A stretch of 64,000 nucleotides of DNA from Vitrella brassicaformis CCMP3155 (lineage: Eukaryota > Protista > Chromerida), in NCBI GenBank assembly GCA_001179505.1, contig CDMY01000366.1:186001-250000 (forward strand), given 5' to 3'. Below the pieces are notes generated by a model. That model saw only the letters and a program-made list of their open reading frames with translations, was not told where the DNA came from and searched no databases. Made by a program: the position numbers and the translations under genes. Shown here in pieces: positions 11,211 through 25,576 of this stretch. Position 1 is the first letter of the stretch. Every line of letters starts with the position of its first letter.

Positions 11211-12066
11211 AGTGCGCAGAGCAGCTTGGCTGCGCACTTTATCGCCGTGAGTATTCGGCGAGACTTTTAGTCTGGGCTCAGGCAGTGGTGTTTTGTTTTG
11301 CTTTGGTTGTTTTGATTAAGTTGGTGTTCTAGGTGCGTGTGTTTGTTGACCGACTAAGTAACTAGGTTTGTAGATACAGACGGTCATACATTTGTTGTCT
11401 ATAGACTCGTTCGTTCACTCAGCGGCATGCATGCTCGGCCCCACAGCCCCACATCAGCCCCAGCCCGACAAAACTAACCCTCGACCCCACACAAACCCCA
11501 CACGCCTCATCAAGGATCTGAACCATGAAAACATGACGGATACATCAGACAGATGCACATATTCAGTATCGGAAGTTTCTCTCTCCCCTCCGTGTCCAAC
11601 CCAACCTTCCGCACCGCTACCCGCTGAGGAACGAACGACCACCGATCACAATTTTATCGGAACGGTTTCACCTGTGCATGTGATTTTGGCTTGACTAGCG
11701 TAAGTGTGGGAGTTGTCAGAGTATGAGGTGGACGAGAGGTCATCAGATTGCGGGCTACATTTTAGATCCGGATCAGAGGGACGCTACATTGTCGCGCAGT
11801 GCCTCGCCTAGCTGTCTGTCTGTCTGTCTGTCTGTCTGTGTCTTGCTGGCTGTGTCGGTGTGCATGTCGGCCATCCATCGATCGACCCAGACAGACCCCT
11901 TATATAACCGACGAGAGTCGACAGACAATCGAGTCAGTCCATCCAATACCACACAGTGAGTGACAGGCAGAGAGATAAAGGACTGAACACACAGCTTCCT
12001 TCCCCCTGCCACTCACTGTTCTGCACAGACAGACACACGCATCTCGCCGCCACACACACCCCACAG

Positions 12067-15000
12067 TCACAGCTGCTGGTAGAACTCCACTGCTGCCTGG
12101 GTGGAGCTGTTGCTCAGATACTCATACACCGCCTGAATGGACATATGGAGGGATCCACAGAAACCCGCCACACCGACCGCACCGATTAACATAAGCACGC
12201 TCGCGGCTGCCGTCATTGCGGGCAGTCAGGATCTTACTCACTCTGTGTTGTTGGGGGTTCTCCTTCAGCTTTGGGGCCAGCTGCTGCAGCAGCAACCGAA
12301 CCTGGATGTCATGTGAGTGATATATGTGGGGTGCAACACACACACACACACACACGACAATGCGCACAACGGCGGGAAGGAGTCCAGTGAGTGAGTTGGG
12401 TCCATCCATCCATCCATCTCGCACTTCACCGACTCACTTAGTTACCTGCTGTTTGGTGTTCTCATCGATGTCCGCCTTGTCATTGAACAGCTCACACACG
12501 GCGATCTGACGATCCACACACCCTCGAGCAGCCAACTATATTGCCGTGTGATGTATATATGTTCACAGACCTACTTACCTTAGCGAGGTCGTGCAGGTGC
12601 GGCTGCAGGTGGGCCTGCGTCTGGGGCGTGTGGAACAGATACAATAGGCACTGTGAGTGAGACCGACCCGCACACACGCACACACAGAGAGATGGATGGA
12701 GCCATGTGTGTCATGCACGAGATTGCCGTGTGGCCATTTTTGCCTTGAGGACGATAGAGCACTCATCCGCGTCGACTCGCAGCGGCAGCACACGGCACAG
12801 GCCAACCAGCAACTGATACACGAAAGGGAAATGGTGGGTGGACGGCACACAACTCACTCACACAACCCCACGACACATATATCTCTTTGGTCTATCTGTA
12901 GGGTCACACAGGGGGAGGGAGATAGATACAGACAGACAGACAGACCTGTGGGATGGGCAGCGCGTCGACCTTGACCCTGAGAATGATCCTGCAGACCGCC
13001 GCGGCCGCGTTGTCCACACTCGCCGCCTCCACGTCGTCATACTCCTGGTGGACTCCACTCATACACACAACATGGATGAATGGATGGGGACCCGCCTTGT
13101 CGGGGTGTGTGGTGGTGGCTGTGTGGACACGTACCTCTGCGTCAGTGTTGGTCTGTTCGTTGGCGAAGAAGGGCTGCAGCAGCTGCAGGATGGGCATGAT
13201 CTGCTGCTCCAGCGTCGCCACACCCTCCCCCACCTACATCCATCCCCCCACCCACCACCTCTCCAGCCAGACACCATACCCTCAGGCAGCCAGGTGTGTA
13301 CCGTACCTCGTAGAGGACGCCCAGCGTGAAGACGGCGTTTCTTCTGAGGTCCCAGTCCTCGTCCTGCTGCACGCCCTGCACCACATGCGGCAGCACCTGG
13401 TCCACATAACGCGCTGCCGAACCACCCATCGCCTGAATTACGTCGCCGAAGCACCCGAGACCAATCGTCCTGCAAAGTGCATCCATCATGACAGACAGAC
13501 ACCACAGCGGTACGGTGGACACAGCACAACACAGCACAGCACAGCACGCCCTCTAGCTAGTCGCCCGAGCGTGTTACTTGTAGACTTTGGATCGTTTGTG
13601 TGCGGCGAGTCTGAGGATGAGTGGGTGGAGCTGCTCGTAGAGGGGCTGGAAGGAGCTGCCGATGGCCTTGGCGATGGCGCCCACGAGTGTGGAGAGGCTC
13701 TCGAAGAGCTCCTCCTCGGCTGTGCGGGACTCCTCATCCTGCACGCAGGCAGAGAGACAGAGAGGAAGTGCAGCAACCTGAGAGTTGTGGTGTGGTGGTG
13801 GTGGTGGTGACGATGGACCTACCTGATCGAGGTCATCGTCGGAGTCCTGGCAGGGGTGCTTGCACTGGAGCAGCTCACTGCACACCGACAGCAGATCTGA
13901 ACACACACACGGAGCAACATGCGAGTCGAGTGCCGATCACCTCACCGACCCACCACACAGACAGACCTTTGTAGATGCCTTCGACCATGGCCGGCCCCAG
14001 GATCTCGCACAGCTCTGATGTCACTGCACACGACACGAATGACCGACAGACAGACACCATGGATGGATGGATGGACACCGTTCTCCGTCCGCCTACAAAC
14101 CATCCAATGCGGCAGACACAACGGCCTTCTCATCACTCTGCACACACACAGCCAACCAACCAACCAACCACACATTCACCAACAAGACAGACACCCCACC
14201 CCCACCACTCCATGTAGGCACCTCCTTGACGTTCTTCCACACGAAAGGCCACAGCTTGCTCAGCCCGTCCTGGCAGTTCTGGGTGAGCGGCGACTGGCAG
14301 GGCAGCCCCGGCTTCCACTGGGAGACCTCCGACTTCCTCACCTGCCCCTCCCCTGTGGTACCGCTCTTGGCCGGGGGGGTGAACCAGGGGGGCGGCTGGG
14401 TGCGGTGGATGTTCAGGATGATGGCCTCGGCGAGATTCAACGCCTGCGGGGTGGGGTGGGCATGAGAGAGGGGTGGCTTGGTTGGTTGGCATGGGGGCGG
14501 GGCGGGGGTGGAGTGTTTGCCTTGCCTTGCCAACCCACCCGTTGCCGTATCGATGAGTGGAAGTGGCAGTGGAGCTTCTCGACTATCAGCACCAAGCTGC
14601 ATGGCATACCATGCACACACACGAACGTACAGAAGCCAATTAAATAAGGGCACGGTGTGCACAGATGTGATCGTGTCGGGTCGCCCGCCCGCCCGCCCGC
14701 TCAGTCTGAAGGGCTGTGTGGATTGGGTCACTGGCCACCCCACCGACCGACCTATCTAGGATAAGATTATCTACTTACCTGTTGAGGTGTTGGTGCATGT
14801 GTGGCCCGAGGGCGTCAGTGAAGACCTGCAGCCCGTACACTGCCGACTCAACCTCATCCAAGTAACCTAACCCACACACACACACACAAACCCACACACC
14901 GACCGCTGTTTCCCCGCACCCCCCCACCTCCCCTCACACCGGTTCTGATGGAGATGCCGGCGATCCGTCTCTCGTCCTCCTCGTCCTCCTCATCATCAAA

Positions 15001-15173
15001 ACCTGACAATGGATCTGACACAACACCGTCCACACCACACACGGCCTGGTGGGTGTCGTTGAGCCGCTATGATATGCTGGCCGTCTGTCTGACCGTGTTC
15101 ATCTTGGTGTGTGAAGGTCTCAAACTTGTCAGACATGGCCGTCTCTACCAGAGAGGGGAAGACATCCTAAGCA

Positions 15174-15204
<31 letters not shown>

Positions 15205-18200
15205 GCATGTGTGTCGCCATGTAGCACGATTGGGTAACGTGTTTGCTCTGTTTTAAGCAGTGGGCCAACTGACGACTGACGTTAAGGTATGGTGCGAATG
15301 CTTCCCGCATTGAGAAGGCCAGACAGGCGAAGAAGCGGAAAGAGTTCTCACGCAGAGCGTGGTCGGATATCTCACTCAAACCCTGCACCACACACACACA
15401 TATCCACAACCATGCCCACCCGGCTCCCTCGTCAAACACTGCACACACCTGTTTGACGAGTGGGTAGAAGACGGGCAGAAACGGCGCGAAAGCTTCTGGC
15501 CCGATGGCCTGTGCGATGGCGCCCACACAGTCGGTGGCCTTGGCACGGAGCGCAACAAAGGGGGAGCCCTCCTCAGTCGACGCTGAGTGAGTGAGGCACG
15601 GCACGCACAGACGACGACACGATCCCTCCCTCCACGAGTGGATAGATGTTCGTTCGTTGTGCGGTCGTTGTGGTTTGTGTGGGTGTGAGAGAGTATTTAC
15701 TTGTGTTTGTGATTTTGACGACGGGCTCCAGGTGCACCAAGACCTCCTGGCTGTAGGGGGCAAACTGAGGCAGGGAGGGGGGACGAGTGATTGTGGTTAC
15801 CTTTGTTCTGGTCAGTGGTGCGTTGTGTTTACGGTTTTTTGTGCCGATCCTGCGAGAGACGAGATGACGTTGATGCAGCTCTCCTTGAGCAATGTCAGCC
15901 TGAACGAGTCGTCGGCCTTGGTCTGAGCCAGCACTGCACACACACCCCCACCCCTCCCTCAGATGGATGGATGCTCTGTCTGTCTGTCTGTCTGTGTCCT
16001 GTATTTACGTACGTGTCATGAGGGTGGCCATGATCTTGGGCAGCACGTGAGGCACATAGGCCGCAAGCTGGTCCTCCTCAAGATGGTCTATCAACACCAT
16101 CAGGGCTGAACCCACCAAACATCCCAACAGAAAGACACACAGACAGACGTGTGCTGGAGGGAGGGAGGGAGGGAGGGAGGGGGATTCCCATATATGTTTC
16201 CTTGGCACCGTATGTATTGTACCGTATAGCACTTTCTCCTGGACGACGATCGAGCCGCTGTTGGCCTCGAGTGTGTGCAGCACCACGTCCATGACCTGCT
16301 TATACCGCTTCAATATCTCCGGCTGCAGGTACTCTGAGAGCCCCTTGGTTGGTTGAACACACACACACACGGACACACACACATGGAGATGGACACCAAT
16401 CACGATAATGTGTGTGTGCAGGTGTCTGTCTGTCTGTCTGTCTGTGTCTGTGTGTATCTTTGCTCCGCACCAATGAACTGGCCGATGCACGTCGCTGCGC
16501 CCACACGAACTAGTGCCTGGGGGTCCTCAAAAGCCCTGATGATTGACACAGACGGTTGTGTGTGTGTTGATGTGTGTGTGTGTGTGTCACTTGAGGGCGA
16601 AGGGCAGCAGCTGGTCGAGCTGCCTCCTCATGGTCTCGGCACACCCCTCAGACAATATCCCAAGCAGAGTCATCGCTGACACACACACACACACACACAC
16701 AAACGGCGACTGCCCTGTCCTTCCCTGTGTCTGTCTGTCTATGTCGTCATGTCATCGATACCCACCTGCTTTTCTCTGGTTGGGGTGGGTGGACTGGCTG
16801 TACTGCCCGATGCCCTCTATGGCCACGTTGAAGACCTGCGTGCCCGGCAGCGACAGAGCCACCGTGTCCAGGGTCGACGCCGCCAACGTCGAGGGACTCT
16901 CCTCCTCTACACACACACACACATATATACCTGTGCATGTGTGTGGTTCCATTCCAGCGTGGCATAAATGCATCGAGCTTAGTTACCTTCTTCGTCATGC
17001 TCATCGGGCTCGGCTGCCATGGGTAGGATCACGTTGAGGATGGCAGGCAGCAGCTGGTTGCGCGTTACCACTGCAGACGACAGACGACCACACACACGTA
17101 CAGTACAGGACGCTGTGTGGTGTGGTGGTGTGGCCTGGCCCGCCAAGCCCTCTCACACCGCAACGCAGCGCACCTTTTGGTTTGTTCTTGCACACCCAAT
17201 GCAGGAAGGTCAGGGCCTGGCTGCGGGTGCCCGTCTGCAAATCTGACAGACAATCACAAGCAGAAAATGTTCAAAAACTGTCACGCGGATGCTGTCTGTC
17301 TGTCTGTCTATCTGTCTGTCTGCTTGTCGGTCTGTCTCTTGTTGTCGGCTCACGCGTGTTAGCGGCGATGTGGAGCATGAACTTGACAATGTCCGGCAGG
17401 TCTTGAGCCGAGAAGACCACATTGCACTCAACCTGTGTCGGGTCGACCCATCCACACACACCGCACATACAAACATACAGAGTCTGTCTGCCGGTGGCCG
17501 TGCTCACCAGATCGTCGAATATTTCGATTGCCAGCACAGCGGTGTCTTCATGGCCCTGCTGCAGAGCGGCCTCGACGACCCGCACCAGAGGGCCGATGAG
17601 TGTCTTGAAGGCCGTGGCCTGCTCCTCGGTCTCGACAATCTGCGTCAATGACGACACAGCCTTGACCGCCGCTATCCGCACCTTCATGCTGCTCGCGTCA
17701 TTCAGACCTGCGCCACATAAGGAGAGAGGGAGAGAGAGGAAGAGGAGCATCATTAAGTCCATCGTGTGTGGGTGTGGTATATGCAGGTCAGCTGACTTCT
17801 GACTGACCCTTGTTGAAGACAACCACAAATTGGTTGAAGTAGTTGGCGATGTTGGTCTCCATGTTGTCGATGACGCTGCCAAACACCATCATGGCCACCT
17901 CCCGCGGCCCCTCCTCGCCGCTCTCCATGCACTGGTTCAAAAAGTTGAGCAGCTCCGCCCCCCACTCGCCATAATCCACCCTGGCCACCGCACTCACCAC
18001 ATGCGCTATCGCCACGCGCACCAAGTGGCTGTCCTCCTTGACAATCCGCTCCAGCAACGTCGCCTTGATCTGGCTCTGCGTCGCATTGTCGAGGCGGCCC
18101 AGGTTGGTTGCGATCTTCTTGCGCATGAGCACTGCGGCCAGCTGCCGAATGTTGGGATTGGGGTGGGTGGTGACGATGCGCAGGAGGTCGACGCAGAAGG

Positions 18201-18315
18201 GTGCATGCTTCAGCCGCGCCTTGAGCTCTTCGGTGGCTTGGGCGACGCTGCGCGCATCGAGGATGCCTTGGAGCAGATCTTCCGGCGAGGCCGATGCCAG
18301 CGGGCCGGCCACCAT
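12067..18315 (-). CDS. IPO4: Importin-4 / Kap123-like karyopherin-beta (HEAT repeats), many exons
   Basis: IBN_N-like start (VAQATEELKARLK...PNPNIRQLAAVLMRKKI), HEAT motifs (LRAKATDCVGAIA, LRENSFRFFACLA, DLRRNAVFTLGVL), acidic loop GFDDEEDEEDERRIAGISIRTG and DNAAAAVCRII. Stop after AVEFYQQL at 12067-12069. Confidence 0.9.
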
Positions 18316-20641
18316 CGCACACGCGCAATCGGGCTTCGGGATGAGGAAATGAAGAAGGGGCGCGCTTCTGATTGCGAGCTGAGCTTGCAGACAACTCGAC
18401 AAATTTGGTCGAAACCATTGCTTGGAACAAAAGCTCGTCTCATCTCATGGGGTCTGTGATGGTCTTTGACACACACACATACACATACACACACACGCAG
18501 GTATGTATACGAAGGCATACTAAAAAAGGCCAGCCAAGATTGTCGATACCATGTCAGTCATGGTACCTTCCTCGCCTCCCTGAAGGATGGATGCCTCCTC
18601 GGTTGCTCACTGCACATGTCATGTCACATGTCACATGTCCCTCCCTGTTCACTCACATCACCCACCCACCCACCCAACCAACCTGCCCTGTCTGTCACTC
18701 ACTCACTGGTCAGGCATACGATAGATACGGTAGCAGTTGTGGATGGATGGATGGAGGGGTGGATGGGTGATGGCACTACTAGTGACTGAGTGATATGACA
18801 ATAATATATTGACTGACTGACTGACTGACTCACACACATCGAATCGATGGGCTCATTCACTGACTGACTGACTGACTGAAACACTCCTGCGTGCCGTGCA
18901 CGTACATGCAATGCATCGGATCCACACACATGTAAGTACATGTGTGTGTGTGTGTATACGAAGGTAGGTAGACCGACCTGAATGACGATCAACACCAGCC
19001 TCACGCACTGTCTGTCCCACTCTTCTCCACTGCCCACACACAGCACAGCAGTCAGTAAATGAGGTGTGTGTGGGTTATGTATGTTATCCAGCTGGGCATC
19101 CATGCAATCAATATAAAGTCGAGGGCGTTTGACCCAAGGCAGGCAGGCAGGCAGGCAGTTGCACGCATCCATCGACATGCATGACATCGACTAGGGGGCA
19201 TTGGTTCGTACTGTATGTATGTGTGTACGGATGAGGCGCGGCGCACCGCACACGACGCGCGTAGCCAAAAGCGGCCGGCCGACACCCTATCTATCATATG
19301 ACTGACACCAAATCATCGTGTAGACATGTCTGCCAGAAAGGCCCTCAACCGAAGAGTCAGACAGGCCTTCTCCAAAAGCACTTGATTGAGTTGGACAAAC
19401 ACGTGTACGGCCGTCGCTTCACAGTTGGCCACGTCACGAGCTGCTCGATAACAACGACACCGAGTTTTTTCGATCCCGGTGTCGTTGCAGTCAGGCAGCT
19501 CGCAACGGAAACCGACCTTGAAGCAAGCAGCGACCACGCAATATGTTCATCCGGTACATATGATGTTGGGTAGCCTCGCAGTGCCGCTGCCGTCTCCCGT
19601 CCCTCTCTTGATGGACCTTCATGCACACCTGCGTACTCTTTGTCTCACCTGGGGTGCCGGCGAGGCGATGAGTGACAAGCAGGCAGGCAGGAAAGGCCCA
19701 TCATGAGTGGAGTGGGGGAGAAAGGCGAAAATGGCAAGGCGTATGTATGTCCGTGCTACGTACGTTGCTGTAGGGTCCCTCCCTCCCCCTCCTCCCTCCA
19801 TCCCTGTTGTTCCATCTGAGCGAGCAGAGGAAAGAAGAATACGCCTTCGTAGAGTCAGTCAGCTCAGGCCTCTGCCTCCCTTGTGTGCCAGAGTGGTCCG
19901 GTGAGTGTGAGTGTGAGTGTGAGTGTGAGAGAGTGTCAGTCCGTCCGTCAGGTCTGTGAGAGTGTGAGTGTGCAAGAGGCCAGTCGGGTCAGTCAGTCAG
20001 ATCTGTGTGCGCGCATGTGTGTGTGCACGTGTGGACAGACACCAATTCTCTGCTCTGACAGCTCAGCTCAGGCAGGTGAGTGGGAAGAATAACATAGGGG
20101 GGAAGCAGGAAGACTGTGTAGTGTATGTGGCTGGCTGGCTGGCTGGCTGACAACCGTCCCTCGTGTGTGTGCGTGTGCGGATGGGATGGCTGCATGCATG
20201 ATTGAGTGCGTGCGTTGCCCTTCTCATCTCTCCCAGCGATCGATCCAATCCACAGACATGCTTGCTTGAGAAAACAGTTGGTTGCTTGTCGGTCGGTTCA
20301 CCAGAGACACACGGATCATTCCTCATCCCTCAGTATGAGAAAGGAGATACACCAAAGACAGACAGATAGACAGATAGATAGACAGACGGACGGATAGACA
20401 GACAGATGACTGACGGCATCCCGGCATGTGCGTGTGTGGTGGTGTGGTGCATCAGTGAGAGGGTGTGGTGTCTCAAAGAAGGAAGGCTCAAGGCTCATCG
20501 TATATATATCAAACAGGTCCATCTCGTGAGCGTCTTATGCTCACGAAACCAACCATCGCCCGAGCCACTTACTTGCCGATACCTCACCTGTCTGTCTGCC
20601 TGTCTGTCTGTATGTCTGTCCTTCGGAAAAAAGTAGCCACT

Positions 20642-20672
<31 letters not shown>

Positions 20673-20724
20673 CGGAAGGGTATATAATATATAGAGAGAG
20701 ATATAGGTATGTATGCAGCAGCTG

Positions 20725-20756
<32 letters not shown>

Positions 20757-21134
20757 CCATCCGGCCGCCCCGCTCATCTCCTCATTCATCATGATCGAAT
20801 CGATCGATCCATCAGCCCCAACACGCATGCACGCATGTCAGTCGGCCAACGAATTCTATCTACTAAAGCCACAAGGGAACACAACAAACCCAGCAGCAAC
20901 ACACCACAAAGCCACCACACACAGAGAGATAGATAGACAGGATGGGTAGGATAGATAAAGGCAGAGAGGGGGGAGGGGTGGGGAAGGGGGAGGGGGCCAA
21001 ACAAGCTTGCTTCGATTCGAGAAAGCCCCGCACGACACACAGTAACTAGCGGATGAAGACAGATAGACAGAACAAAGGCACATATAAACAGACATAGATA
21101 GACAGACAGACAGAATGGGATGGACAAAAATCGG

Positions 21135-24100
21135 TCAGCCTGACGAGACCCCTGCGTCGCTTTCACCACCACCAGCACCATTACCACCACCAGTATTGTC
21201 ACGACCGACAGGCGAACGAGGCGGGGGGTCATATCTACACCAACCAACCAACACATACACACAGACAGACACCCCATTCCTCACCACGCACCGAACTCCC
21301 TATCCAGTCCCTTCTCACCTGTGTGTGGCGTAATAGGCCGAAAACGGGCTCTTTTCTCCCTTCTGCAGCTGCAGCGTACTGTCGCCCTGCTGTGTGCGTC
21401 TCTGTTTTCTCTGCTGCTGCTGCCAGTCCCAGTGCCGCTTCATCATGGCCCAGTAGGGCCGCAGCCGCTGACGCTCGCGCATTGAACTGAAAGACGCCAC
21501 GGACACGTGCCCGCTCGACTGGGAAGCGCAGGGAGACGACTCATCGGGGGCGTCACGAGGCGCGTTCCGACGGGTGGTGGAATGCTGCTTGGCATCTACA
21601 CGCAGACAGAGGGACAGAAAGAGACAGACAGACAGGTATACATATGATGTGAGTTGCCGTTGGTGTTGCGCGCGTAGCGCCTGTGCGGTGCGTGTGGGGT
21701 TGCTTACTTCTGTTGGTCCTTGTGTCTGGTGGGGGTGGTCCGATGATGGCCCCGGGCTGAGGGTCCTTCTGCCGCAGCGCCTCGGGGTTGGCAATGCGGG
21801 TCTCCAGCGCCACAATCCCGCTGGCCAGCACGCCCTCACTCCTGCCGCTGGGCGTTATGGGCGTCACATGCCCATCGTCCTCACTGACCTCATCGGTCTC
21901 TCCCACACCCATGCATGGCGAGTCTCCGTCTTCCTGCTGCTGCTGGTGTTGCGCTTCTGACTGTTGGGAGGAGCCCATTCTGGCGTGGAACTGGAGGAAG
22001 TGGTGTGGGATCTCCACCCCCTCATGGACGTCGATGTCCGATAGGCCGAACACCCCCTTGCCGTGATGCGATGAGGACCCACTGGTGACACCCGCACCAT
22101 GACTGTGGCCCTGCCTCGCCGACGAGATGCTGCCATTGACCATCACAGGCGACTCCACGAAAGGCAGCCGCGTCGCCGCCGCCCGTGACCGTCTGCCCAG
22201 GTCGGTGCCGGACACACCACTGGCTGGCGACAAGTCGACAGGATCGTCGCCGGGCGGCTGTGGCGGCGCGTGGCTCTCCACCGGGGAGTCGTCTTCACCA
22301 CCCTCATCCTCTCGGGCCATGAATGGCGACTGCTCCTCCTCCTCTGCGATGGCGGAAGGCGGGCGGTGGACACTCGAGGAATGGGGGCGGCTGCGGTGCC
22401 CCTGGTGACGCTGGTGATCCGGAGGCAAGATGGTCTCCTCGATGCCGAGCTCGGCCGTGAGCCACTCCTCCAGAGGCCGCCCCTCCCTCAGGATGTCCCT
22501 GAAGCGCTCCAGCCACGGCGGCCTCTTCTGCCGCCGACAAGAGGTGGCCTTGCCGCTCCGGGCCGATTGGGATCGTGGTGGGAGCGATGTCGGCTGGTGA
22601 GACGGCCGGCGGCCTGGCGAAGAGGCCGCACGCGGAAGAGACGACTTGCGGCCAGACCTGACTTGCGTGTTCTGGGGCTCCCTGAGACCGCTCTGCTTCC
22701 GCCTGGGAAGGCCAGACGGCCAGGGGTCCTTGTCTGAGGGGTAGTAGGGGCTCTGCTTCGGGTCAAAGTGCGAGGGAGTGGCCGCCCTGCTGCGCCCGCT
22801 GCCACTGCCGTTGCCGTTGCCGGCGCTCCTGCGTCTCCTCTTGTCGGTTGCCGATGGTGCCGATGGTGCTGGTGGTTGGCGGCAAGGCAGCGTGCGTGTC
22901 CTGAAGAGCGGGGAGGACGCACTGGCACTGCTGAGGCCGCTCGGGTCATCCTCATTGTGCCTCGCGCCCGCCCGCCTGACCGTGACCTGCGATGGGGGGC
23001 TGCCCACACGCGAGAGGGGTGTCTGGCCGTGGCCGGCCGATGGCGCACGAGATAGGGGCATGAAGGGAAGGGCTGGGGCGGCGAAGAAGGATGGCTGCTG
23101 CCACGGTGGCGAGTACGGCGAAGGGCCGTCGTCGTCGTCAGCCTCGTGTCCGTGGGACGCTGTGGTGGGCGAGCCCTGTGACATCATGTCCATCTTGGCC
23201 ATGAAGTATATCGGCTCCTCGACGGGCGGCGACCACTCGACCTTCTGGAAGGCACTCCGCTGGTCGGCTGCCAGCCTCGCCGCCGCATCGGTCAACTGCC
23301 GATCCATCTCGCTCACGCCTCCTTCCTCCTCCTCCTCACTCACGGAGGGAGAGGAAGACAACTCCTGCCGAAGCGACAGCGGTGCGTCGTTGGGGCTGGT
23401 CGGCGGGGTGGAGCTGGAGCCTGCGTCGCGGTCACGTGTGCGATGATGGTGGTGGTGGTGGTGGTGTTCCTCGTTGATCGGTGAGAGGGTGCCTGGTGGT
23501 GGGATGAAGCGTGGGGGAAGGATGGGTGGCCATGCGGGAGGCGGGAAGGGGACAGCCATGGGGTAGGGGTAGGGGAAGGACGGCATCGACGGCGGGCGAC
23601 CTGACGGCCAGGGAGGATCTGACGAGAGGAGAGAGAAACACAACACAACACAACACCGGAGCGATCGATGTTTGTGCATATGAGAAAGGGAGGGACTTGC
23701 AGTGCAGTGTGCGTCTTTGTACCTTGTTTGGCCTGGAGAGCCATCTGCAGCTGCTCGATCTGGCGGTGCGCCTGAACATAGCAACAAACAAAACACACCA
23801 CCACCGTCAGTCACACGCTCGCCTCCCTCCCTCCCTCCATCTGCATGTCATGTGTGGTAAGGAATCACCTTGACGAGCTGGTCCTCCAGCGCCCTCTTCT
23901 CGCCAGAGTCTCCGACGCGGCCAACACCCGCGCCGTCGTCGTCATCCCTCACCAGCATTCCTCCCTCAGCAGCGCTCTCCACCCCGCTCACCCCGCCACC
24001 ACTCATACGCGACGATCGACAGGGGCTGTTGTCGGTGGGCGACTGATCCGGTGGATCAAGGATGATTTCGCATGACAGTGTGGGAGGGTGGTTGGGCGGG

Positions 24101-25089
24101 GAGGCCTGCACGGCCTCCTTGACCGTCGCTGAGCCGCTCGCCGTGGCTGTGGTGCTCTGCGGGGTGCCGGCGTTGAGGGTGCTCGTGCCGGCCTTGGTGC
24201 TGTTGTTGCTAGGGCTGGCCGTGCCGATGCTGTCCTTCCTCTGTCTGTGGGACCTCCTGCGCGACCGCACCGAGTGCTGGTGGTGTTGGTGATGCCTGTC
24301 ATGGGTGGTCCACATGGACCACATGGCCGCTGCCTGCGCCTGAGCGTAAGCCGCGTAGAGAGGATCGCTGTAGGGCTGATAGCCGTACCCGCCGTACCCA
24401 CACGCCCCGGGGATGGGATGGGCGTATGGAAAGCCGGGCAGCCCGGTGGCAGACACGTCAGAAGGTGGCAAGGGGGGTGAGGGGGACGTGGGCGGCCGGA
24501 GAGATGCAGACGAGGTCGACCGCACTGGCTGGAACGTCGGCAGCAGCCGGACGCGCTCACCAGAGGGCGTCCGCACGATGGTGGGCGACATGGGGTCATT
24601 CTCCCTCTCCTTGGAGACGTGCAGGTGCCTCTCGACCCCACTGCTGCCCCGCTGCAGCCCACTGGTGGTGGTTGACGACGATGGCCGGCCTCGTTTCCTT
24701 CTATCGGTAGCTGTGGTGGCTCTGCTCCTTTGGCTTGCGCGTGAGGAGGGGGAGATGGCGACGCGCGGCTCTGAGGGGATGGAGGGCGGAAATCGCTCTA
24801 TTGATGGGGCGAGGGGAGGGCCATTGGGCTCGGCGTGACGAAGAGCGTGAAGACCTGACGAACGAAACCACAGACAGGACAGACAGACAGGCACAACAAA
24901 CAGGCCACCAATTGATGGCTCCTTTCCTCTCAGCCCGCCAGCCCTTCCCTTTCTGTTGGTCTCTCACTCACCATTTCGCTTCTTGGTTCTCAGTGCGGCC
25001 CGGTCAGCTCTCCTCTCGTCGCCCCGACTCCCGCCTTGTCTCATCGCCACGCCCACCTCCTCCAGACCCCTTGCTGTCCGCAGAGGCAT
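21135..25089 (-). CDS. Large low-complexity, intrinsically disordered S/P/R-rich hypothetical protein
   Basis: Long open exons within ORFs 23848-24894 and 21553-23814. Phase-consistent junctions KRN-G-LHAL, NR-N-AKQH and TH-R-YDPP. Ends ...GVSSG* at 21135-21137. No recognisable domain. Confidence 0.6.
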
Positions 25090-25576
25090 CACCCTGTCCG
25101 CTCAGCCCCCGCTCCTCCACACAAAAGGTAACAAGGAAGAGTGTCTCACGGAAGGCGATATAGGTTCCATTGCGCTACTGCTGGGCGCATCGGTGGGCGG
25201 CCATCAGCCCTTTGGAAACGTTCGCTGCTTGGCGTGGCTCAAGCCGAGCCTCCAGAGGTGTCAGGCATCAAAATTCAGCGGTTCCACGGCCTGTCTGCAA
25301 CAAGGGTGGGATGGCGGTGCCACGAACACGTCAGGGAGGGATCATTCGTGTAATTGATGAAAAGAATGCGAGCTAAGGAGTCTCGTGAAACTCTTCGGGA
25401 AGGACGGGATTCTTCCTCTCGGATGCGTGCGTCTGCCTTTGCAGCGGCTGTCAGTTGCCGGGCTGCAGCGAAAGAGAGAGCATACGGCGGACGCAGCGCG
25501 CATGTCGGCTGAGAAGCTTTGCAAATAAGAGAACCTCACGCACACAGCAAATGCAGATCAATGGCACATGTCGCAT

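Noticed and set aside
19452-19487. 11-bp inverted repeat (CAACGACACCG / CGGTGTCGTTG) with a TTCGATCCC T-loop-like core
   Set aside because: Roughly chance expectation for this window size, and the flanks do not fold into a tRNA cloverleaf.
19298-19573. Microsatellite-free ORF in the long 18.3-21.1 kb intergenic region
   Set aside because: No recognisable domain in any frame and no convincing splice partners. It could be a degraded element but cannot be supported.
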